Assembly (NCBI GenBank): GCA_038851325.1 | Contig: JAWCKZ010000002.1 | Coordinates: 58,902 to 122,901 of the forward strand | Direction of reading: 5' to 3' | From: Candidatus Bilamarchaeaceae archaeon | GTDB taxonomy: Archaea; Micrarchaeota; Micrarchaeia; Anstonellales; Bilamarchaeaceae | DNA length: 64,000 nucleotides | Shown here: piece by piece, positions 1 to 7,867 of the stretch | Layout of the letters: each line of letters opens with the position of its first letter | Position numbering within the stretch: the first letter of the stretch is position 1 | Notes under the pieces: generated by a model | The model's database searches: none | Told to the model about the DNA's origin: nothing | What the model saw: only the letters and a program-made list of their open reading frames with translations | Translations under genes and position numbers: made by a program

Positions 1-8
1 TTTTAAAT

Positions 9-656
9 TTACATCTCGTTCTCCAGAATTTTTTCGAGCATATCCGAAGAGTATAAATTTTTTCTATTTTTCACCTTTTCTTCACGCGCCCCTACAAACT
101 TTATTACATGAACTATCAGATCTTTCGGTGTCGTAACGAGATTGCATATAACTTTGTTCTCTTTCATTTCTTCTAAGGGAGTGATGCGCGTCAAAAATGG
201 ATTTGCTTCGTATTCAGGTATTATTACTATTTTTCCCTCAGAAATGAGTTTTTTAGCTCTTTCCAGCGCTTTTTCTATATCTTTTGTCTCTTTAGAGTAG
301 CACGCTACCAGACTACATGTTTTTTCATCAAGTTCCTCAATCATCTCTCCAAGTTTTTTGCATGCATGGTCAATAGAGTCATGATAAGGTGAAAATTTTA
401 CGACTGCTGCCAACCAATACCGCTCTTTCAAAAGTGATAAGGCTATTCCCCGAACACTTTCTGATGGATGGTATGCCCCAAGAAACGCAAGCACCACCTG
501 CGTATTCTTAAGAAGCGACAACGCTGTTACCTGCCCTTCTGGTTTTTCAAGCATCTCAATTATGCTTTTAATATTATAACTCTGACCGTTAGCGGATATA
601 AAGCATTTGCCTCTTTTTCTACCCTCAATTGGGCTTAAGTAGTACATCCTCCTCAT
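9..656 (-). CDS. Hypothetical protein (orphan, basic N-terminus)
   Basis: 215-aa ORF with upstream GGGGGT RBS-like and TTTAAA motifs; no family recognised. Confidence 0.6.
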   Translation of the reverse strand: MRRMYYLSPIEGRKRGKCFISANGQSYNIKSIIEMLEKPEGQVTALSLLKNTQVVLAFLGAYHPSESVRGIALSLLKERYWLAAVVKFSPYHDSIDHACKKLGEMIEELDEKTCSLVACYSKETKDIEKALERAKKLISEGKIVIIPEYEANPFLTRITPLEEMKENKVICNLVTTPKDLIVHVIKFVGAREEKVKNRKNLYSSDMLEKILENEM

Positions 657-723
657 TAAATACCCCCCATTTATCCATTTTATGCATCAAAATTATTTTA
701 AATGGTAATGGTGATAAAATCAC

Positions 724-787
724 ATCGATGATGACAAAGGTGATCGCTGAGCCTTATGGCGATGAAGATTGACGTGCGGTCTGAAAT
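724..787 (+). ncRNA. Box C/D guide sRNA (predicted 16S rRNA targets)
   Basis: Box C ATGATGA 728-734, D' CTGA 747-750, C' GCGATGA 759-765, D CTGA 781-784; intergenic; guides antisense to conserved 16S segments; fibrillarin gene present in window. Confidence 0.85.
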
Positions 788-997
788 AGTGCTTTAGTTT
801 GTCAGAGCTAGGACTTCATTTGCTCGAATACTTTCACCCATACGATATTCGCAGCAAGGACAAAACTTCATAAATTTTGGCCTGTTTGGAAATTCGATAG
901 AATTTACAATACAGGGACAAACAGCGCAACCGCGGCCAAATCCAAACTCGGGTCAAAATAATGTATTCCTGCCAACGTGTTTCTAAGAAGGTTCGCA

Positions 998-1040
998 GGG
1001 GGTATGAGTTACTCACAGGGAGTATGAGTAACTTTTAATA
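998..1040. promoter_or_regulatory. Operator-like palindrome/direct repeat next to a TATA-like element
   Basis: GGGGGTATGAGTTACT / GGGAGTATGAGTAACT direct repeat containing the TGAGTTACTCA palindrome, followed by TTTTAATA. Confidence 0.35.
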
Positions 1041-1110
1041 CCTTATTGCACGCCGAAACGAACAACGGACACCTTCTTCAGCACGTAGAACAACCGGGTT
1101 GCTTGACTTC

Positions 1111-1385
1111 TCATCCTATTTGCTTCGCAACCAAAAACGAGGCTTTTAATAATAGCGGATCGGCTAAATAATACTTATTATTCTTCTTTTCTAAAAACGA
1201 ACACCTTATGAGTTTGTTGAGTGCGAATGTAAACAGATTAGAATCGAGCTGTTCTTTGAGTTCCTTGCCTGCCCTTACCCTAAGTTCATTCCAGCTTACT
1301 CCCGTCGCATTCTGTAAAATGCTCAGATAAAGTTTCTTATTCCTTGCTTTTGTAATTTTGTCTTTTACTTCATTTAAATGAAGTT
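1111..1385 (-). pseudogene. C-terminal winged-helix fragment resembling archaeal AAA+ ATPase-wHTH proteins
   Basis: ...GVSWNEL...FTFALNKLIRCSFLEKKNNKYYLADPLL resembles the C-terminal wHTH of archaeal ATPases; no P-loop upstream and the ORF N-terminus looks non-coding. Confidence 0.5.
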
Positions 1386-1721
1386 TAGCGTGTTGCGTCC
1401 CTTGACGGTCTAGACCTTGGTGAGACCCTGCGCAAGGCCTCAAAATAGAGCGATACCGTTCTTCGAGGCACATTAAAGAAGAAAAACAGAATTTTGGAAG
1501 GCAAAACGGGACACCTCAGAACGCAAAACCAACGTCCATCTAAATGGGACGTTCAGAGGGCCATAGAACTAGAACGCCGTTCCCGTATGGACAGCTGCAA
1601 GGTCAGCTGCGGCAAACGCGAGATGCGCAGAACTGGAGATTGGAAACCATTCGTCGTTCCCGAGAGTTTATTAAATCTATTTCCATCCATATACTCGTCA
1701 TATGTTTGTTAGGGTGGTTTC

Positions 1722-2132
1722 CTGAAATCGCATACTGAGTATCTCACATTCAATACACGAAATCGCATCGAATTCGTTCGCATAACCGAAAAGATACAGG
1801 ACGCGATAAAGAGAAGCGGAGTGAAGGAAGGCATCGTGCTCGTGAATCCTATGCATATTACAGCAGCGGTAATCGTGAACGATGACGAGGAGGGGCTAAA
1901 ACGCGATTTTATCCGTGTTCTGCAAGGGCTCGTGCCTTACGAAGGTAGATACGAGCACAATGTAGGTGAAGACAACGCTGCTGCGCACATCTGGCGCCAG
2001 CTCATGGGCCATCAGGTTGTCATGCCCATAACAGATGGCAAGCTTGACCTCGGCCCGTGGGAGCAGATTTTTTACTGCGAGTTTGACGGTCAGCGAAGTA
2101 AGCGCGTTCTCGTAAAAATAATCGGTGAGTAA
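1722..2132 (+). CDS. yjbQ: YjbQ/UPF0047 family protein (probable CTG start)
   Basis: HITAAV..ND.E, NAAAH and [16 protein letters not shown] motifs; family-like N-terminus KSHTEYLTF continues upstream of the called GTG to CTG at 1722. Confidence 0.9.
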   Translation: MKSHTEYLTFNTRNRIEFVRITEKIQDAIKRSGVKEGIVLVNPMHITAAVIVNDDEEGLKRDFIRVLQGLVPYEGRYEHNVGEDNAAAHIWRQLMGHQVVMPITDGKLDLGPWEQIFYCEFDGQRSKRVLVKIIGE

Positions 2133-2972
2133 ATGAACATTTTGAAGGAGATCGCAAGATTAACACGAATTGAACATGGGCTGATGTTTGCCGCGGCAGT
2201 CTTCATAGGTGAGATAATTACCGGCACCGTTCCGCCTTATGGCATTTTGTTGCTCTCCATTCTAATACCGGTGTTTAGCGAAATGGGTGCATTTGCGTTG
2301 AATGATTACGTGGATGTCGAAGCAGATAGAGCAAACAAACGGACCGATAGGCCTCTGGTTGCTGGAACACTTTCACCGCGATTTGCACTTTTACTCTCCA
2401 TCTCTATGTTGCTTCTTTCATCCTTTCTAGCTTATTTTATCAATGCTGTTGTATTTATCATAACTATTTCTCTTAACATCCTTGCTATTGCCTACAATTT
2501 CAAGTTAAAAGAGCTTCCACTTGTTGGGAACGGCTACATCGCCCTTACCATGGGAATACCATTCATCTTCGGCAATTTCGTTGTCTCTCAAGTTATCTTT
2601 CCACCTAACTTCGTTCTTTTTATCCTCGCTTTTATAGCAGGTTTGGCCAGAGAAATAATAAAATCTGTGGAGGACGTGTATGGTGATCTTGTAGCTAGAG
2701 GCGCTAAAACACTTCCAATCTTAATCGGAAGGAAGCAGTCGCTTGCTATTGCGTTTCTTCTTTATATGGCATTCATTCCACTTACCTACTTGCCATTTGT
2801 TTCTGGCTTGAGAGGCACGTTGTTGTCTTACTTTTTTGTAACGCTGGGAAATACTCTGATCGTTGCAAATGTCTTCTACGCATTGAAAGGGGAGTACAGA
2901 AAATCCCGTAGTCTCTCGCTTATTGCATTTTTCATGGGTCTACTTGGCTATCTCATTGCAGCAGTTTTGTGA
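2133..2972 (+). CDS. UbiA-family prenyltransferase, likely digeranylgeranylglyceryl phosphate synthase
   Basis: NDYVDVEADRANKRTDRPL and REIIKSVEDVYGD motifs; multiple TM helices. Confidence 0.85.
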   Translation: MNILKEIARLTRIEHGLMFAAAVFIGEIITGTVPPYGILLLSILIPVFSEMGAFALNDYVDVEADRANKRTDRPLVAGTLSPRFALLLSISMLLLSSFLAYFINAVVFIITISLNILAIAYNFKLKELPLVGNGYIALTMGIPFIFGNFVVSQVIFPPNFVLFILAFIAGLAREIIKSVEDVYGDLVARGAKTLPILIGRKQSLAIAFLLYMAFIPLTYLPFVSGLRGTLLSYFFVTLGNTLIVANVFYALKGEYRKSRSLSLIAFFMGLLGYLIAAVL

Positions 2973-3037
2973 CACTTCTGCTTTTCTAGCTTGCGTGCGA
3001 TTTATTAATCTTATTTTTTATACTTCTAACGATTGTT

Positions 3038-3829
3038 ATGGTGGGAAAAGAAGAGATTCTATTTTCGGGTAAGTACAAAGAATTTGAATACGGAGTTAGG
3101 TATGATCTGAGTAGAGCAACCGAGAGGGATGTTGCGTTCGCGCTCTGTGAGATAGTCAGCAGAGTAGAGCCGTACGCTTACAGGTTTTCAGGGGTAGATT
3201 GCGAGAAGGTAGAAAAATTGGTAGAAGGCGTGGGAGAAGGCCTTTTAGCGGTTGCAGCTTATTTACGCGAAAGCGATACGCAGAAACAGTTGGAGACAAC
3301 GGTTAAGGACAAATTATTGATGCCTGCTGCAGAGAGTTATTTTTTCAATAGAGCACTCACAAACGCTGGCGTTCCCCTCTTGCCGGAGGTCCAAGCAAGC
3401 CTCGAAGGAGAAAGCGAGCCCATCGAGGAGAAGATCGTCTTTATTGGAAAATACAAGGAATGGATTGCAATAAAAAAACTTGTTGTTGAGGGGGTTGAAG
3501 ATTGGGAAATTTCAGGGATTCTTTCCAGCATTGTGGAGACTGGAGTAAGAAAAGCATTTTACTTTTGCAACAAAACAGGAGAGATAGATGTCTGGAAAAA
3601 TAATGGAGATGCGAATAAAAAGAAGATCAGAAAGTCGTTCAAAAATGCTGCGGATTTGTTGATTAAGTTGGACGGGATGATGGGCAGCGATAAGACTACG
3701 AATGCTTATCTTGTTGTGAAAAGCTTAACAGCGCTTGGCTATAATCCGCACGCAAGCGTTGAAATGCTCACGGCTGCTCACCAAGAGCTTAAGGTCAGAA
3801 GACCAAGGGGAAGGCCATCAAAACAATGA
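3038..3829 (+). CDS. Conserved archaeal hypothetical protein (DUF2666-like)
   Basis: Internally repeated I.F.GKYK module and basic C-terminus RRPRGRP. Confidence 0.55.
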   Translation: MVGKEEILFSGKYKEFEYGVRYDLSRATERDVAFALCEIVSRVEPYAYRFSGVDCEKVEKLVEGVGEGLLAVAAYLRESDTQKQLETTVKDKLLMPAAESYFFNRALTNAGVPLLPEVQASLEGESEPIEEKIVFIGKYKEWIAIKKLVVEGVEDWEISGILSSIVETGVRKAFYFCNKTGEIDVWKNNGDANKKKIRKSFKNAADLLIKLDGMMGSDKTTNAYLVVKSLTALGYNPHASVEMLTAAHQELKVRRPRGRPSKQ

Positions 3830-3891
3830 AATCTAAAAATTTAAGTAAGTGCATTGCGCACACAAAAAGCGCAAAATAAAGGAGGGTAGAC

Positions 3892-4785
3892 ATGGGAAAA
3901 GGTGTAGGAAGAGGAAAGGTTATTCTTTTTGGAGAGCATTTTGTTGTTCACAGCGTGCCTGCAATAGCGGCAGGAATAGATAACTCTGCGATTGTTGAAG
4001 TTAAAAAAGCTGAAAAAAATAGGATAATAACAAAACAGAATATCGTACCTGAGTTAAGTCTTGAGGGCATACAACTGGTGTTGGACGCCATGGGCATAAA
4101 AGATAAATACGATGTTTATCTAGACGGAGACCTTCCAACATTTGGAGGGCTTGGTTCATCAGCTGCCTTTTGCGTTGCGCTGGTGCGGGCAGTGGCCGAG
4201 GATAAAGGTATCGTTCTGACGGATGAGGAAGTGAACAGATACGCGTACGAGGGCGAAAAGGCGTTTCATGGCAGCCCTTCTGGTATTGATAACTTGATGG
4301 CCACGTATGGTGGAATAATAATCTTCAGAAAGGGACGCGGGGAGAGCTATTTCGAAAAAATAAACGCAGGAAAAAAGATGGACATAGTTGTTGGATTTAC
4401 AGGAAAGCTTAGCCAAACGAAAAAGATGGTTGAGTTGGTGAGAAAATTTAAAGAGGAGGACCCCGATCATTGGGTGCAACTTGCTGTTCAGGCTGCCGAT
4501 GTTGTTTACAGAGGAAAGAATGCGATTGAGAAGGGGAAGCTCGAGGAAATAGGAAAGCTGATGAATGAGAATCAGGTGCTGCTGTCCGAAATTGGTGTTT
4601 CTGACGAATTGAATGAGAAAATGGTAAAAATAATGCTTGATGCTGGTGCGTTGGGCGCTAAGCTTACAGGTGGCGGTGGGGGAGGATGCTGTATCGCGCT
4701 TGCGCGCGACAAAGTGGCGGCTATAGGGATAACGATGGCTCTAAAAAAGGAGAAGTTTGAGTCGTTTATAACAAGAATAGGATAA
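3892..4785 (+). CDS. mvk: Mevalonate kinase
   Basis: GKVILFGEHFVV, GHMP motif PTFGGLGSSAA, SPSGID, AKLTGGGGGG. Confidence 0.93.
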   Translation: MGKGVGRGKVILFGEHFVVHSVPAIAAGIDNSAIVEVKKAEKNRIITKQNIVPELSLEGIQLVLDAMGIKDKYDVYLDGDLPTFGGLGSSAAFCVALVRAVAEDKGIVLTDEEVNRYAYEGEKAFHGSPSGIDNLMATYGGIIIFRKGRGESYFEKINAGKKMDIVVGFTGKLSQTKKMVELVRKFKEEDPDHWVQLAVQAADVVYRGKNAIEKGKLEEIGKLMNENQVLLSEIGVSDELNEKMVKIMLDAGALGAKLTGGGGGGCCIALARDKVAAIGITMALKKEKFESFITRIG

Positions 4786-4956
4786 AAACACGCAAACTGA
4801 AAATTTTTGGATACAAAGAAAATGTCACGGCCGAGAAAGCAGAAAAAAGCTTTCCCATGTGTCCTTAAGTCCTGAGACGCTAAACAGAAAGCTCAAAACT
4901 GAAAACTGACTTAAGGCCACAGCCGAGAAATTCATAAGAGAATTTTTCGGGCGTGC

Positions 4957-4973
4957 CTTGAACGAAGTTCAAG
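4957..4973. repeat. 17-bp palindromic repeat, copy abutting the tRNA-His 3' end
   Basis: CTTGAACGAAGTTCAAG, identical to 5304-5320. Confidence 0.9.
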
Positions 4974-5281
4974 GGCCACGGCCGAGATTCGAACTCGGGT
5001 CTAGGGCTATCAGCAGGGTTTTTGCCCTCAGAAACACCGAAGACAAAAAGCCCAACACACCCAGAGGAGAAACCTCAGGGCTTTTTCCAGGGTTTTTGCC
5101 CTCAGAAACACCGAAGAAACCTCAGGGCTTTTTCCAAACGGTATTTAGCTCCTGAGACAGTCCTTAGGTCATAAGCACCTGCTTAGGAGCCAAATACCGT
5201 TTCCAGGGTTTTTGCCCTCAGAAACACCGAAGACAAAAAGCCTCCACAGGCCCCCATGCTAACCACTACACCACCGTGGCC
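4974..5281 (-). tRNA. tRNA-His(GUG) with encoded G-1 and a 235-nt intron at 37/38 (5009-5243)
   Basis: Minus strand G-GCCACGG TG GTGT AGTGGTTA GCAT G GGGGC CT GTG G [intron] A GCCCT AGAC CCGAG TTCGAAT CTCGG CCGTGGC C; G-1:C73 His identity; CCA not encoded. Confidence 0.92.
5014..5242. repeat. Direct repeats inside the tRNA-His intron
   Basis: 39-bp CAGGGTTTTTGCCCTCAGAAACACCGAAGACAAAAAGCC at 5014-5052 and 5204-5242, 30-bp partial copy 5088-5117; AGAAACCTCAGGGCTTTTTCCA twice (5068, 5115); 18-bp inverted repeat 5136-5153/5185-5202. Confidence 0.92.
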
Positions 5282-5303
5282 ATGAGCGAAGCGAATGGCC
5301 AGA

Positions 5304-5320
5304 CTTGAACGAAGTTCAAG
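5304..5320. repeat. 17-bp palindromic repeat, copy upstream of tRNA-His
   Basis: CTTGAACGAAGTTCAAG, identical to 4957-4973. Confidence 0.9.
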
Positions 5321-5443
5321 AAGATGGTCATAAGGCCGCGGGCATTGTCCAAATAGTTGGTCAATCCAACCGCGGCCATAATGGGAAAGTTTAAAGATAT
5401 TGTATTAGAAGTATTTAAATAAGTTAAACAAAGGGGGATTTGA

Positions 5444-6139
5444 ATGACGACGCTTGATAAAGCGATCATCGCTTCTTATGAGAAAGAGGGAAAGCGATTC
5501 GAGCTTTACGTAGATCCTGAGGCTGCGTATGCCTACAAGGAAGGACGGAAGCCAGACCTAAAGAATATACTTGTTGCAGAGGAGGTATACGAGAACGCAA
5601 AGAAGGGCGAGCGAGCAAAGGTATCAGATATCCAAAAGGTCTTCGGGACCACTGACATAATGAAGATTCTTGAGTTGGTGCTTAAGGAGGGAGAAGTACA
5701 GCTTACAACAGAGCAGAGAAGAAAAAAACAGGAGGAAAAGAGAAAACAGATAATTGCAATATTGGCAAGGGAGGCGATAGACCCGCGAACGAAGGCGCCC
5801 CATCCTCCACAAAGAATAGAGAGCGCGCTTGAGCAGGTGCGTATTCAGATAGACCCGTTTAAGGATGCAAGGGAGCAGATACCTGCGATAGTCAAAGAAC
5901 TCATGCTTATACTTCCAATGAAGTTTGAGAAGGTAAAGGTGGCCGTGAAAATACCGCCGCAATATGCGCACCGGTGCTATGGAACAATAAAAAGCTATGG
6001 TATACAGAAAGAGCAGTGGCAGTCAGATGGCAGCCTTATTGTCGTTGTTGAAATCTTCGCAGGTGCGCAGGGAGAATTCTACGACAAGCTGAACAAGATG
6101 ACTGCCGGCAGCGTCGAAACAAGGGTGCTTGAAGAGTGA
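5444..6139 (+). CDS. Ribosome assembly factor SBDS/Sdo1
   Basis: GKRFELYV, GEVQLTTEQRR and IDPRTKAPHPPQRIE motifs. Confidence 0.95.
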   Translation: MTTLDKAIIASYEKEGKRFELYVDPEAAYAYKEGRKPDLKNILVAEEVYENAKKGERAKVSDIQKVFGTTDIMKILELVLKEGEVQLTTEQRRKKQEEKRKQIIAILAREAIDPRTKAPHPPQRIESALEQVRIQIDPFKDAREQIPAIVKELMLILPMKFEKVKVAVKIPPQYAHRCYGTIKSYGIQKEQWQSDGSLIVVVEIFAGAQGEFYDKLNKMTAGSVETRVLEE

Positions 6140-6789
6140 GAGAAATATTTTCTGGTGTTTGGGAAGAGGACCATGAGTTATTAACACAGAATCTTGTTCC
6201 AGGCAAAAAGGTGTATAATGAGCGATTACGCCGTGTCAGCGATAGGGAGTACAGAACATGGAATCCATACAGGAGCAAGCTCGCCGCTGCGCTGAAAAAA
6301 GGGCTGAGGACTTTTCCATTTGCAAAGAATGTAAAGGTCCTTTATCTTGGTGCGTCTACAGGAACTACTGTTTCCCATCTTTCAGATATAATAATCGAAG
6401 GAGAGGTATACGCTGTAGAGATTTCGCCTCAGGCAATGAAAAGCTTGCTTGCAGTAGCTGAGCACAGGGGAAATATAATTCCCATCCATGGAGACGCAAG
6501 AAAACCGCATGAATATAAAGAAGTCGGAAAGGTTGACGTGATTTATCAGGATGTCGCTCAGCCAGATCAAGATGAGATACTGATTGCAAATGCGAAGATG
6601 TTTCTGAAGAAAGACGGAATAGCAATGATTGCAATAAAGAGCCAGAGCATAGATGTTACGCTTGAGCCGAAGAAAGTTTTCGAACGCGTGTTAAAGAAGC
6701 TGGCTGAGCATTTCGAAATCCTTGAAATGATAAAACTTGAGCCCTTTGACAAGGACCATCTTTTCGTTGTGCTGAGGTTTAAGGGCTGA
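6136..6789 (+). CDS. flpA: Fibrillarin-like rRNA/tRNA 2'-O-methyltransferase
   Basis: YRTWNPYRSKLAAA, VLYLGASTGTTVSH, DVAQPDQ. Confidence 0.96.
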   Translation: MREIFSGVWEEDHELLTQNLVPGKKVYNERLRRVSDREYRTWNPYRSKLAAALKKGLRTFPFAKNVKVLYLGASTGTTVSHLSDIIIEGEVYAVEISPQAMKSLLAVAEHRGNIIPIHGDARKPHEYKEVGKVDVIYQDVAQPDQDEILIANAKMFLKKDGIAMIAIKSQSIDVTLEPKKVFERVLKKLAEHFEILEMIKLEPFDKDHLFVVLRFKG

Positions 6790-6798
6790 TGATCTGAT

Positions 6799-7467
6799 AT
6801 GCAGCAATGGAATGAGGTTTTCAAAAAAGAGGGGAAGTACTTTACAAAAATTCGGGAAGAAATCCCTGGAGTTTTAAAACTATTCAAAGATCGCGATGTG
6901 AAAAGGATCTTAGATTTGGGCTGCGGTTCAGGCAGGCATACTGTATATTTTGCCAAAAAGGGATTTGTTGTTTATGGCATTGATATCGCAAAGCAGGGTA
7001 TCAAGATTACAAAATCTTGGTTGAAAAAAGAAAATGTCAAAGCGAATCTAAAAATCGGCTCAATTTATCGCAAACTTCCTTATCCAAATGATTTTTTTGA
7101 TGCAGTAATCAGCACTCAGACGATCCACCATGCCAGGATTGGAAATGTCAGGAAGGCGATCAGAGAAATTGAACGGGTATTAAAACAACATGGCTTGATT
7201 TTCGTAACAGTTGCAAGGAAGATCAAAAGACGCTATAAGCAAATTGCGCCCAGGACGTATGTCCCTACCGAGGGTGTTGAAAAAGGGCTGCCACACTATA
7301 TTTTTAACAAAAAATTGCTCAAAAAAGAATTCAAGAATTTCAGGATTTTTAGGATCTGGGTCGATTCGTACAAAGGGCAGTATTGCCTGCTTGGTGAATT
7401 AAAAAGAAAGAGCAACTCTCACACCGCTCACACCAGTTCCTCAGCCCTGAATAGTCTCTCGCAGTAG
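6799..7467 (+). CDS. Class I SAM-dependent methyltransferase
   Basis: ILDLGCGSGRH motif I, FDAVIS, IERVLK..G. Confidence 0.88.
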   Translation: MQQWNEVFKKEGKYFTKIREEIPGVLKLFKDRDVKRILDLGCGSGRHTVYFAKKGFVVYGIDIAKQGIKITKSWLKKENVKANLKIGSIYRKLPYPNDFFDAVISTQTIHHARIGNVRKAIREIERVLKQHGLIFVTVARKIKRRYKQIAPRTYVPTEGVEKGLPHYIFNKKLLKKEFKNFRIFRIWVDSYKGQYCLLGELKRKSNSHTAHTSSSALNSLSQ

Positions 7468-7862
7468 TGGCACCTGTACCCGCTGTCTTCTTTTTTAAAT
7501 ATCTTCAGAACGTTGCTTTCGCTGTTCGTAATACAGTTGGGATTCGGGCATATACCGTTGCCTTCTAGTTTTTCAGGCAGCTCCACAGTATATTTCTTCT
7601 CTACCTTGCTATTCCTGATGATATTCACGGTTGCGCCAGGTGATACAAGCGCTATTATGTTAGCCTCATCCTCTGTTATTATTTTCTCTGCGATTTTTAC
7701 GATGTCTTTTTTCCCCATCTTTTTGCTCGGCGCATTGACCACAAGCGCAACATTATACGGATAAGTTTCTGTTATACCCATTATTCTCAGCACCCTCGCG
7801 CCCATCCCGGCCTTAATGTGGTCCACAACAGTTCCTTTTTCAATTGGCTCGACAGTTAGCAT
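7428..7862 (-). CDS. pyrI: Aspartate carbamoyltransferase regulatory subunit
   Basis: GTVVDHI, KKDIVKI, zinc ligands CPNPNCIT...CHYCE; likely ATG at 7862. Confidence 0.96.
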   Translation of the reverse strand: MLTVEPIEKGTVVDHIKAGMGARVLRIMGITETYPYNVALVVNAPSKKMGKKDIVKIAEKIITEDEANIIALVSPGATVNIIRNSKVEKKYTVELPEKLEGNGICPNPNCITNSESNVLKIFKKEDSGYRCHYCERLFRAEELV

Positions 7863-7867
7863 ACACC

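Noticed and set aside
1494..1738. Short ORFs upstream of yjbQ
   Set aside because: No recognisable motifs or RBS; could be decayed sequence, cannot be supported.
4958..5155. 65-aa ORF (and ORF 5266-5469)
   Set aside because: They overlap the tRNA-His gene and its leader; no protein-like features.
5014..5242. CRISPR mini-array
   Set aside because: Repeats are unequal, spacers are partly repeated themselves, no cas genes are present, and the tract lies within a tRNA intron.
4824..5320. Intact integrated element at tRNA-His
   Set aside because: att-like copies enclose under 100 bp and no integrase is present; kept only as scars.
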